Positions 24,301-35,627 of a DNA stretch of 64,000 bases are shown piece after piece. This stretch comes from Amoebophrya sp. A120 (taxonomy: Eukaryota; Protista; Dinoflagellata). The translations under genes and the position numbers were made by a program. The number at the start of each line of letters is the position of its first letter. Positions within the stretch are counted from its first letter, which is position 1. A model generated the notes under the pieces. That model did no database searches, had not been told where the DNA came from, and saw only the letters and a program-made list of their open reading frames with translations. The DNA is taken from the NCBI GenBank assembly GCA_905178155.1, contig CAJINV010000036.1, forward strand, positions 1-64,000, read 5' to 3'.

Positions 24301-26676
24301 CCATCTTGTTCGCGCGCCGCACCCGCAGCTTTCCCGATCATCTGCTCACATGGCATTGACCGCTCAGCGGCAGAAAAAGAAGGACCTCGACCACTGGAAG
24401 AAAAAATTGCGGGACGCAAAAAGCTGGACGAGCCGTCCCAGCAAGATGGACCTGCGGTCGGCTACAAGAACAATAAGGCTGTACCCGTTGGTGCGGGTCG
24501 TGATCCTCTTCTTCAGCACGCAACTGCTACAGCAGGCCACGGAGGTTCTTGTTCGCATGTGATTTTTCTCCCGGTGATGCTCTTGGTGAAAGGACGTCTA
24601 CGGCAACTAATTGGCAGTGCCGACCATTGGGCCTGCATTGGAATCGATATCGAAAATGGAGTGGTGGAGCTCTATAACAGTACCGCGGGGCAGGGTTTTG
24701 CGGAGCTCCACTCCGGAGTAGAAAAAGCAAAACTGTGCAAAGAAATTACTTCGCGCGCACGAACTCAGCATGCCCGGGCATTTCGACAGCGGGACCACAT
24801 CAAGGTTGATACCGCGGCTCCGGACGGTGCGCAAGAAGAGCGTAGTCGCTCGACTGTTCTTGCGGAAGATGAGAGTGCCGCGAGCTTTTGTTTGGTTGCG
24901 TCTGGTGGCCAAGGAGGAACAAGAAGAGCGAGCACCAGTGACGTATCTACTGGTACTGCTAGTCAACACTGCTATAACATTCAAGGCGTCGCCACAAACG
25001 CGGATCCTTTTCTCATGGTGCAGAAACCTCTAAGTGAGTTCTGGCAACCGGAGAACGTGACCTGGCTGGAAGATCATGATCTAGTAGAAGTAGCTCCGGT
25101 GCAGCAAGACGAAGTAGAACAGACTTCCGAGGCGGTGGCGGCGGGTCAAATCATGACAAATGATTCCCGTGAAAGTGAAGCCCTGACACGGCAGCAAAGG
25201 GAGACGCCAGACGACATAGAAACGTTTCTCGAAACGGAGAACTTGCTGGCCTTTCGCGAACAGCACCGCGGCGTGTTTTCCGCTCTCGCGGAGCGCGTCC
25301 TGCAGCACGGCAAGGCCAGTTGTCGACCAACTCAGTTTGTGCGTGGCCAGGGTGGGGAGTCCTTATCGCTGGCAGACTTTCTGGAAGAGGTTCGGAGCCT
25401 CGTGATGGAAGTGCTTTCTGAGGCAAAGGGCCAGAGATCCCGTGGCGCGACGGTAGATCAAGGACGGCAAGAGCAAGAAGAATGCTCCGTGGAAATCGAC
25501 AGCGCCCACGTGCCCCTGCAGCATGACCGGAACAGCTGTGGCTTTTTCGTGTTGCACTACATGCTGCACCGCACGAAATATCCCAGTCTGCAGGCCTATC
25601 TCAGGGCCGCGCTCCTCGAAACTCGGCGTCATCGGCTTCGCGCCTGCACCGCTGCAGACATTATCGATCATGTAGTGGTCGAAGAAACCACGAGCGTTCA
25701 CGTAGCCGAGACCGGAGGAAGTTGTGCCGTGATGGCCGACTGCGTGCGCGAAGAGGGTACTGCACCACCAACTTCATGTTCTTCAACAAACGTGAGCCTC
25801 GACGCAGATCATCTTTCTGGTCAAGATGTATTAGCGCCGGCAGAAGAACAGAAAACCAACGCAGTCTCAGTCACAGCAGCGCATATAGTTCTAGAGCACA
25901 GGAGACACAGTATTCATGAGCTTGCGCCTCGGCCGCATACTGCAGCTAGCACACATGATGGTAGTACCTTGCAGCCCCCCAGCTCCTCCTCCTCGACGCA
26001 AGAAGAAATCCTCGACAGAGATGAAACACCTGTTGACACGCTGGCTTCTTCCTCTTTCTGGCGGGAGCCGTCTCGCCGAGGGTTTCTCCTTCAGCCCCCC
26101 GCATTTTCCAACGCTGCTTATCTTGCGATGCGAGGACTGTTTGGCGATCTATTCAGTGTGGGACCACCAGTGCGAAGCGCAGCTGAAGTGATCATGAGTG
26201 AAGACCAGCAGGGGGTCGCTAACGAGGACACGAGCGCCTGCGCCACTGGGACGAGCAGAGCGGAGGACCGTGCGCCTCTGCAAGTCACATGCTCGTCACA
26301 TTCACGAAGAAGTGCTGAAGAAATAGAGCCGTCTACCACTTCCATCGCGACTGGAGCCGCTAGTAAAACTACTGCCTCTTCTACAAGTAGCGTAGCCTCT
26401 GCCTCATCTGGTCTTATTTCGGTACCAACCGTCCCAGGCGGCGCCTCTACAACAGTGTCACGCTCCCGCAGCGCGGAGCCTACAAACAGTAACAGAAGTC
26501 GGTTTTTGGTGTCCGTACTTCGCGACGAGGCGGAGCTTCTGCGGCAGTTAAACTCTGGTTGGATTTCCAACTGGCGCACCGAAGAATTAGCTCGACTTGT
26601 TGATCGCCGGGCGGTTCAAATTTGTCAGGAAATTTCCTGCGCTGGAACACTTAGTACAGTATTGGACGACGACTGA
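18360..26676 (+). CDS. Ulp1/SENP-like (CE clan, C48) cysteine protease with long low-complexity regions; start uncertain
   Basis: HWACIGID...YNS and PLQHDRNSCGFFVLHYM in ORF 24271. Joins ORF 18348 in frame (DWLSFRTELKSLL) after removing 20269-24250. Confidence 0.75.
20439..24197 (+). mobile_element. Non-autonomous split-direct-repeat element (A1...B1-A2-spacer-B2), tyrosine-recombinase retrotransposon type (TOC1/PAT/Ngaro-like)
   Basis: A1 20439-20600 matches A2 23790-23951 (162 bp). B1 23668-23795 matches B2 24070-24197 (128 bp). The spacer is 118 bp. AAATGT is shared by both ends and the B1/A2 junction. No RT or YR ORF recognisable. Confidence 0.85.
20715..21480 (+). repeat. ~73-bp tandem repeat, about 10 copies degenerating outward, inside the split-repeat element
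   Basis: TTTCTCCCGTTCCGGAGAGGGAGAGT...CCAGTCCTAGTTTCGGGCTAGGTTGGA recurs at 20871, 20944, 21017 and onward. Confidence 0.9.
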
Positions 26677-27691
26677 TACTGTGCTACTTAGGTGTAATCG
26701 CGGTCGTGCTTAAGTGTAGTCCCGGTCGATCACCAGATATAACCGCTACAGCAACTTTGATTCTTTGTACCACTTCCACTCCGGGTTCTTTTCTTCAGCT
26801 ATTATTTAACTTCCAGGTAGTTCTTCTTAATGTACTCAGTCATTAGTCGCTCATGAGGCCGTATTAGTATTTTGTTTCCGCGTATTAAGTGTGAGCTACA
26901 GCTAGGTAGAGAAAAATACCCACTCCGCTGTTGCGGTTGACAGTTGTTTCTGTGTGAGATGTAAGCTGCTATGCTAAGCACCGCACTTACACTGTGGCTC
27001 TCCAATACTAGTCCGCTATCTGACTGATGTAAAAGTTAATTCTCGACCTGATTCCTGATGATTGCAAAATGACAAAAATTTCGAAATCTTGTCACGATAG
27101 TTCAGTGCTGGTCTCGCAAACTTCGCGCTCTTGCATCTGTGATACTGGTTCTCTGGTGTGCAATAATTATGATCCTTCCACGCTCTTGATTCTCTTTTTC
27201 ATTCACATGGTTCTTCGATCGCAAACGTGGACAATGATCATCGTGATCATGCCGTTGCAAATTTACTTACAAGAAGTCAAGCGATCATGATTTATGACAT
27301 CGTAGTTTTGACTTTTCCATGCGGATCTCAAGTAGTTTTTTTTTATTTTTTATTGAAGCCCCCCACAGCCGATGTCGTTCGTATTTTGTGTCACCACATT
27401 TCAGAGATCCTGAACCTAAGTCATCACCGAATGTGAGTCATTTTTGACGCAACATATCAACAAGTTATTTAGTCAGTCTCTTTCCTTATCTAGAAGGTCC
27501 AGGTTTGTTTACAAGTAGGGGGAGTAGATTCATAGATTTTTGTCAGCGATAGTGTTCATGAATCTTCTGTAGTCATTTTGACGACCCCCGGCCCCGAGAT
27601 CCCTGTTTCATTAGGTAAAGAAAAAGAAATCATTTCCTTTCCCTGGTTTGACCTTAAGAAATTCCGCGACAAGTTCGAGAACGACGAGAAA

Positions 27692-29143
27692 ATGATGATG
27701 ATGAATCCCGCTATGGCGGTTCCTCAGCAACCGCGGCATGAGCAGTACCCGGAAAGCCACACCATTTACATAAACAATCTCGACGACCGAAAAAACGCGG
27801 ATATTCTGCAAAAGGAACTCACTACAATCTGCGGCGCCTTTGGTGAAGTCCACGACATAATATGTATGAAGTCCTTCTATCGACGAGGCCAGGCCTGGGT
27901 GGTAAAAACGAATGTTTTTTTTTTACTTTCTGATTCGTCTCTTCATTTTCTCTCCTCGTTCTGCAGGTTTTTCACAATCAATATTTGTGCTCACATGCTG
28001 GCTTTGCGAACTCTGACTAGTAACTCGGTTTCTCCAAACTACGAAAACCTCAGGTATACAAAAACCTCGACAGCGCCAAGGAGGCGATGGCTGCCTTGCA
28101 GAACTATCCGCTATTCGACAAACCTATGCGACTTCAGTACGCAAAAACGAAATCAGACGCTATTGCAAAACTGGACGGCAGCTTCGTACCACGACCAAAG
28201 AACACACTGAAACAGGACCCAACCAAACGCGACGCAGCAAAAAAAAAGGTACATACTTTTCCGTGTCCTGGCACCCAGCATGTCTTCATCAGACTGGTCC
28301 TTTTATGCACGCGCAAACACATGTGAGTTGGTTTAAGTTCTTCATTTGTTCACATTAGTTTGCTTTTTCCGAGCCCTGTAACTACCGTGCTAGTAGGTAC
28401 TCATTGTTCATCTTGACGGATGACCTACTTGTGTGCTACCGCTGCTGAAAGGACAAGAAGTTTGCATTTCTGCTCCATTGATTCAGCGCCAAAAATAAAC
28501 ACAAACAGGCGGAAGCGGAGGCAGCAGCAAAGGCTGCAGGCAACATGCAAGCTGCGTTTGCAGCGGTAAACGCAAACCCAATGTCGTTTTTCCAGACCGC
28601 ACAGCCTGTCATGCATCAGAGACCGGTTGTGGGAGGGGTACTTTGACATTATTGTTGATTTTATTTTTGATAGAACGAACTTATACTTCTGCCAGTACCA
28701 TGCAGCACTAGCAGTATATTCATGAAGATTATGTCTTTCCACGCTCGCTAGATGTTTTTGGACTCCATGTAACGTTGTTCTTGTTTAGCAGCTCGGCAAT
28801 CACGAGCTACAAACCGCAAATAGAACATTTGCGAAGATGATACACGGGAAATTACTAGTATCTATACCACATATCGCTATATTAATCGCTTTCAACATCT
28901 CTACTACAGTTTCCGAACGAGACTCTGTTTGTGGTCAACCTTCCGCCTTCGGTAAACCAGACGATGTTGCGCATGTTGTTCGGACAGTACTCCGGCATGC
29001 GGGAAGTGCGGCACGTCGAATCACGACAGTGCGCCTTCATCGAATACGTTTCCGAGCCCCACGCTACCGCGGCATTGCGAGCCCTCGCCAACTTCGACAT
29101 CAAGCCGGGGCAAAAATTGGAAATCGGCTACATGAAAAAATAA
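27692..29143 (+). CDS. SNRPA: U1A/U2B'' snRNP protein (two RRMs)
   Basis: HTIYINNL...RGQAWVVY...LQNYPLFDKPMRLQYAKTKSD, then PNETLFVVNLP...EVR...AFIEY. GT-AG introns 27902-28053, 28249-28508 and 28566-28909. Confidence 0.9.
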
Positions 29144-29764
29144 CGCCCACATGATGTCAATCGGAGAACGCGTCGTGAAAGAGGAGCACAAAGATAAAGT
29201 AAATCTCACTGGCCATCACGATGGCCCCGATGCTTTTCCTTTTTGACACGTCAGGAGCAGCGGATTACGCTCCTTGCGTTCAACATCGCGACTAAGGTTG
29301 AACAGCACCGCTACCGCCTCCGATCCGGAGCAGCCGATGAGCATGTGCAGCTTGGTGGACGATCCAGTGTGTCAACCGACGATCATGTAGACGACAAGGA
29401 GACATCAACGACGACACGGCAGCTTCTGATAATTATCTTGTCAGAATTATGTGTAGGTCTAGGTGTAGGGCCAGGAGGGCCAGAACGCATGAATCATTAA
29501 CATGCAAATAAACATCAACATACTCCGTCGCAACGGCAAATCTTCGCAAGCAACTCCAGAAAATGGAGGTGCAGACGCTACCATACTAGCAGCGCGTGGT
29601 GTTCCAGAAAGAGTAGTCTGCCGAGAGGTCTTCCTGAGAGCAGATGGAAGCGACAGGCCGAAGTTGTGATCTTTCCGTTTGTTTGAGTTAGTTTTAGGTC
29701 GTAAAGTCATTCTCGTATATTCTTTGAGTGAGATGAAATTGCATTTGCAAGCTTTGCTGTCATA

Positions 29765-32494
29765 ATGGAGGACCTTTTCCCCACCTTCCCGCACTCGTTG
29801 CGGCCCACATCAGCCGCAGCAGCCTTCTATGGGCTGCAGGCTTTGACTTTGCTTTGCTTGTGGATTGCGGTGTATGCCGGAAGTGGAGTCGATTTTTTGC
29901 GGCTTGGTCAGAAACTCTCAAACACCGCACTGAAACCGCCCTGGTGCAGAAAAAGTCTCTTTCTGACGGTGTTGAGCGCCGGGGTGTACCTTCCGGCATC
30001 CTACAGCATCGTGCCGCTCATGTTCGCCCAAGCAGTGTATGTGGAACCCCTGCTTGCCCCGCGCGTCTTCACAACTACGCCCGGTAGTACTAGGGCTCCC
30101 TTATCTGCCATGTTGCTTGTGGCAGCGTTTCGTTCTGCGATCGCTGTGGTAGTCACTATCTTTCAGTTGGGCGACTCCTCTCGCACGAGCAGTCACCGAG
30201 ATTATCTAATGTTGTATAACTGCTGGATGTTAGCTGCAACTGGCTGGCTCAATTTTTTTACGACGGGGCTCCTGACGACAGTACTCACCACCACTACGCG
30301 ACCTCCACCCGCCTGGGACCAACTCGCGCAGGCTGTCGCCTTCGGTCTCTGTATTTGGTACATATTCTCCTGCGGGGTATCCAAAGTTTTTGTCGCCGGA
30401 TTCCGAAGCTGGGCTTTTGGAGATACCCTACTCGCCATACTCGACACGTTCTCGCAAAAGTCGCCCCGTGGTGGTGGCCCGGTGCTTGGCAGGCTGACGA
30501 AGTGGCTCGTTGCACAGGCCGCGCTAGTACAACCCACGGTGCGCTCCACCAAACAACAAAACCACTCGCTTGCGGAGCCGCTGCTACAGCATCAGAAGAA
30601 CCAGCAGCAAGAATTTTTGACTTTCGAGGATGCTGGCCACCCAGGAGTCGACGCGCGACCGTCGCTGACCAGCACTGGCACTTCTACCGCAAAAATGGAA
30701 GCTGACTCGTCGTCCTGCTGTGGCCGCTGTGTGAGAGGGTTTCTGAATCTTGCTGCGTTTTTCACTTTGGCGTTCGAGTTCATCGCTGCCCCCGTGTGTG
30801 TGATTCTGAACGTGGTGTCCGCTCTGAATCCGTCCTGGTCGAGCGCCCGAGATTGGGATTCCAGCTGCCGACTCTTCATCGGAGCGGGGATGATTTTTCT
30901 TCATTTGGCCATTATCAAATGTAAAAATGTCTGGGTCTGGATCTGGAAGATTGCCAGGTTTGTCATGCACATTTTGCATGACTCCCGATGTCTGTGATGC
31001 ATGCCCTAGCATCACAGATTGTGTGAGGGCTTCCTGATGCCTATACCGCATGACAAATGCTCTTGCCGTGTAGCAAAACTTGGACTCTCTTTGCTGCTCA
31101 TGCAATACAGATTTTTTTAGAATCCAAAATCAGCATGACAAATTGGATTCTTCCAGACCCAGACATTTTTACATTTGATAGCCATCGGAGCTGTGCAATC
31201 TGGGGCGATCGGTGCGTTCTTTTTACCTTGTGCTGCAAGCTACGTGTACGGCCTCACTTGGAGGTCTAGTGGGGTCGTCGAAGTAGAAACGGCGATGGGA
31301 CAACTACCTCCACAGGAGGAGGATGCGAGGTCGTTGTGGACGAACCAAGCAGCGGCTGTCGCTGTCCAAGCGCAGCAGGCTGCGGCGCCGTCAGTGGGAC
31401 CACGACCAAAACAAGACAGTGTGGATGCCGATGCACCACAAGAAGTTATAATTTTACAAACCCTGGCTGCGCTTGTGCTAGCCTTCGCTCCCGTCGTGAC
31501 TGGGTTCACCTGCTGCGATAGTGGGCTGCTTCCAGAAAAATGGCCCTTCACACCGATGGCATTGTTTCCGTGGAATGCACAGCAGTGGAGTATTTTGCAC
31601 GATTTGCTCCTCCGACAGGACACGCGAATGATTGCCGTTTCGAGGAAAAGCCTCGAAGGAGATGCTGTCATCTTACCAACTAGTATTAAAGATATGGAAA
31701 AACCAGCCCTGGAAGGAGTTCGCGTAATCCCAATCGAGTACGACGCTGAAGTGCCATTGATGGAGCGCGAAATCGGTCCTCGTCCGGGCGAGTCAGTAGT
31801 CGCCTATGATCTGTGGTCTCGGGTTATTGGCATCACGACCTTTCAAAATCTCCTCCTCCAGGCAGTATTCCAAATCATGGCCGACTTTCCCTTGTACACG
31901 GCCGCGGACGACGTACCGCCACAACAAGCAGTTCCCTCCAGCCCGACATTGCAGTTTTTTCGGCTACACGCGGCGCAGCTCCTTCTGGACGCAACAGACT
32001 CCTTCTTAAAACAAGAGCAGCGCGTCATTGAGGTAAGCACTGGCCGCGTCCTCACGGAGTGTGCCTTCGTGCGCGTAAACCCTAAAACTCTACGTATCTC
32101 TGAAACGCTTGCCCTCCCGGGTACGACTAGAGCGATACTTTCTACAAGTCCGATTATCGTACCGAAAAAGAATACGTCAGCTACATCTTTGGGTGCGAAA
32201 CTGCACATCTACCACAGTGCCCAAGAAGGCGAGCCGTTGTGCATTTCTACTCAAGATGACCTACGATGTTCCGCGTTTTCTTCTGTAGTTTGGATGGCTT
32301 CCTCGTTTTTTGCCGCCCGTTCTCCGACACACCACCGTGCGGTCGTCAGGAGGGACGGTGATGTTTTACGGACTACGTTGGTTCTTTACATGTTGACTAT
32401 CAGGGTTGTATTCTGTTTTTTGCTTCCGAGGTCGGTACAAATCAAATCCCGGCCTGAGGTGCAGCTACTGGATGCTTGCAAAACACTGGTATAA
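29765..32494 (+). CDS. Multi-pass membrane protein, HTTM-like; 3' end uncertain
   Basis: Hydrophobic segments; YIFSCGVSKV...W..G, AFEF and MIFLHLAIG resemble HTTM motifs. The two ORFs join by removing the introner. Confidence 0.65.
30913..31180. mobile_element. Introner, family A, TSD GCCAT, reverse orientation relative to 2482-2743
   Basis: The body is the reverse complement of the 2482 copy (the same spurious MHEQQRESKFCY peptide appears on the - strand). The join gives FLHLAIGAVQ. Confidence 0.93.
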
Positions 32495-32607
32495 AAATAC
32501 CATCGAACGGACCCAATCTTGTCCGTTTTTCGTTTTAATAGGCATTGTCTCAACAGGAAGGTTGGTTCTGCAACTTGGCAAAAGTGTAGTACGATTGAGT
32601 CGCGCTG

Positions 32608-33084
32608 ATGTTGCGGCACTCGTTGAGGCGCATGTTCGCCGCGGCGGCCGAGCCAGCGCAGGAGTACACAAACAAGCTACTGCTGACCATGGGGAGCCCC
32701 CACGAAAACCTCTTCCTGCGTAAACCTATCGAGTCGCTGACAGCCCCGGGTCGCGAAGGTTCCTTCACGGTGACCAACAATCACTCCCAGCTGGTGTCGC
32801 AGCTGCAACCGGGCACAATCACGGTCAAGGAGGAGGGACAGTCAAGCACTTACTTCATCAGCGATGGGTTTCTGTTCTTTAACCAGCCCGCTGACAGCTC
32901 GGGCTGCTGCACCGTGGAAGTGAGCGGCTTCGAAATCGTTCCCACCGACATGCTCGACAAGGAGAAGGCAGCCACGCTGATTCAGGAGCTCAACGCGGGC
33001 CCGAAGGAAACGGAATGGGACAAGGCAAAGATTCAGCTCGGCACCGGACTTCTCAACCAAGTCATCAAGAGCGCCACCGCCTAA
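32608..33084 (+). CDS. ATP5F1D: Mitochondrial F1 ATP synthase delta subunit
   Basis: Presequence-like MLRHSLRRMF, then LTMGSPHE...PGREGSFTVTNNHSQLVSQLQPG...YFISDGF. Intronless. Confidence 0.88.
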   Translation: MLRHSLRRMFAAAAEPAQEYTNKLLLTMGSPHENLFLRKPIESLTAPGREGSFTVTNNHSQLVSQLQPGTITVKEEGQSSTYFISDGFLFFNQPADSSGCCTVEVSGFEIVPTDMLDKEKAATLIQELNAGPKETEWDKAKIQLGTGLLNQVIKSATA

Positions 33085-35627
33085 CTACAATTGATTTTGT
33101 TTGTTCTTCGTCCTCCTGAGCGCTGAGCGAGTTGTCCGCGCCAGTCTCCGACAAACGTTTAAAGGATCATAATTCGCGAGACAAAGCGTCGCTTCACTGG
33201 AGCCGCGGATGGAGCTAAAACTGGTACCGCCAGAAGTTATTACACGTTGTGTGCTCATTGAGCGCAACCTCATGATCCCCTCTTCAACTGTAACGAGGAA
33301 GACGCTATTTACTAGCTTCTGCTATCAGCAGAAAACAAAGGCGCTTCTTTTTCATGGAATAATTTGAATTTTTGACTGAATTCCGCACAGGTCGGTTCGT
33401 CCAGGCTTTTATCCGCGAAGCTGCCATGCTGGAGTAGAAGCTCCTTTTTGCGGCCTTTCGTGTTGATGCTTCCCTCCTGCTCGGAACATCAAGGGGAAGC
33501 AGCCGGATTCGGCACCGCGACCACGAGAGCTGCCAACGCCTTGCCTCAGAAAACCACCACTTACGGTGTCCGTGAGGCAACTGGACATGCTCTTCTCCAG
33601 TGATGTTGGTGAAGAACAATAAAGATCGCCAGGTGATAACCCTCCACCCGCACCTCTGACTTACTCTTTCTTAGCAAAAATGCTAGTTTTTTTGAAGACC
33701 TCAGGAATCATCCGAAAGAGAACACTTCACAGCACCTTGCTCCGCAAGCGAGGAATAGTCGTGCCCGCCGGCAAGCAATAAACTTCGAAGCAGCGACATC
33801 AGCATACTGCGGAGGACTTCATATCTGATTGACTGATCCTCCACACCTTGTTCCACTTTCCGACCGCTGCTGCTGTCCAGGATCGATTGTCCTGCAAATC
33901 GGCAATCTTTTCGGTACTTACTTCACTTCCAGAAAAAACCGCCGCGAGGTTGATTCTACCTCGCCCCATATGCAGCAGCACAAGTAGCTGATGATAAGTA
34001 CCACCGCCTGTGCTCCTGCTAGCTCACTAGATGAGCAATCTATCGTGTCAAAATCAAATAATAACGTTGTGAATCGTAATGGTAATCGCCATCGTGGTCG
34101 TCCTCGTCGTCTTATTTATTGAATCTAGGCTCCTACAGATGTTGGTTATGGTTTACGAACTGAAATTCTGGAGAGAAATAAAGGTCGCGACGATACAGAT
34201 GCTTCTTCTTCCATGGAGATTGATCATCATGTTCGTCCTTCTGCCTCGTCCTCGATCCTCCGTCGACATCGTCATCGATCGTGTCTAGTATAAGGTCGCA
34301 GAAAATTAATCAAACTCGATTTGGTTGTTTGTGTCGCCCTTCTTCATCATGGTCTCGTCGTGAAGATTTTTCCTGATGTCTCTTCATTTTCTGTGCTTGG
34401 AATTATCGGTTCTCATGAAGAACAACATTACATGTAAAAGCACCCAACGAAGTTGCAAGTCAGAGCTGGTGGCTCGTACGTTACTCCGACCAACGAAATT
34501 GAACTCGCTTCGTTGTGTTTTTTCCGCTCATCTTCCATTTTGAGAAAAACTAAACAATAATGCGTGCCGCCAGGCGTTTGCTTGAGCAAGCAAAGCCCCA
34601 ACCGACTGACTCGGTTGAGGAGGATGAGCCTCGTGTGCATGCTCCCGTCCCGATCCTCGTTGTCGGCAAGGAGCAAGACACGGAGGACCAGGGCGTGTTT
34701 AGTCAGCACGACGAAGGCGAAGAGCAAGATGATGCAGCAAGAACAGCAAGCACAACGGCCGTTGTGGGCACGGGCAGGGATCTTCCGTATCCGGAAGATC
34801 ATCGCTGGAGAAGGCAGCAGCTAGCTGAGGGTGCTGGAGCAGCAGTAATTTTAAGCCCCCTCGTCCGGCACAATTCTGCCAGAAACGAGCGGAAGAGTGA
34901 GATGCTGGCGATAAACAATCCGCTGCTCGGAACCACAACTGTAGAAGAGCAAAGCAAACCGCCGAACCGCGCTGGTTCTCACACAGCGCTCGATCAAACT
35001 GGAATGGACGGTGACGGAGAAGAAATATCAAACGTAAAAACTTGAGGCATCTTCTGCGCCCACCCCTCACTCTCAAATCGAATGGGATAGGATACTAGAC
35101 ACAAGGACGAGCTACACAGTTGAGCGGCTTATCAAAACATGTTGGCGGTGGAGCCTTGTATTTTCTGGTCATTGTGCAAGAGCAAGTGCGGTTTTCTGCA
35201 CGTGTTGTATCAAGATCGCTGTACCGGTGCTCTCATTTGACTAGAAGCTATCCTCCTGGCTCCTAAGTAGCTGGCGAGAGAAGTTTCAAACAAGGTTCCG
35301 TATCCGTTCCGGCACGAAATAATCGCCAATCCATGACCACACTTGCATCAAATTGCGCCTTGTTGCATATTATCCCCATTGATTTTGCTACGTGTTTGAG
35401 TAGACGGGTTGAAGTGATATGTCAAGTCTTGAAACTGCATAAAATTTTGAGTACGAAGAACAAGACAGCGAGACGAAGGGCGGAGGCGCACATGACGGTA
35501 CTACGTGTTTGATGTTCGTACTTTTCTTCGACGCCCCCATTGCAAGTGGTCAGCACGGTGAACAAGGCTTCGCTAATGGCGGGTGCAATCCTGTCACGAC
35601 CAGAGTCATATATTTTTATTTATGGTC

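Noticed and set aside
27017-27551. Possible decayed intergenic introner (TATCTGAC...GTCAGCGATA)
   Set aside because: Weak inverted match and no 5-bp TSD.
30584-31269. ORFs containing PDPDIF, FQTQTF, KMSGSG or CKNVWVW peptides here and elsewhere
   Set aside because: These are translations of family A TIRs, not a repeated protein domain.
33300-35045. Possible gene(s), including a - strand model and ORF 34560-35045
   Set aside because: Some coding-like patches, but no consistent exon chain or recognisable domain.
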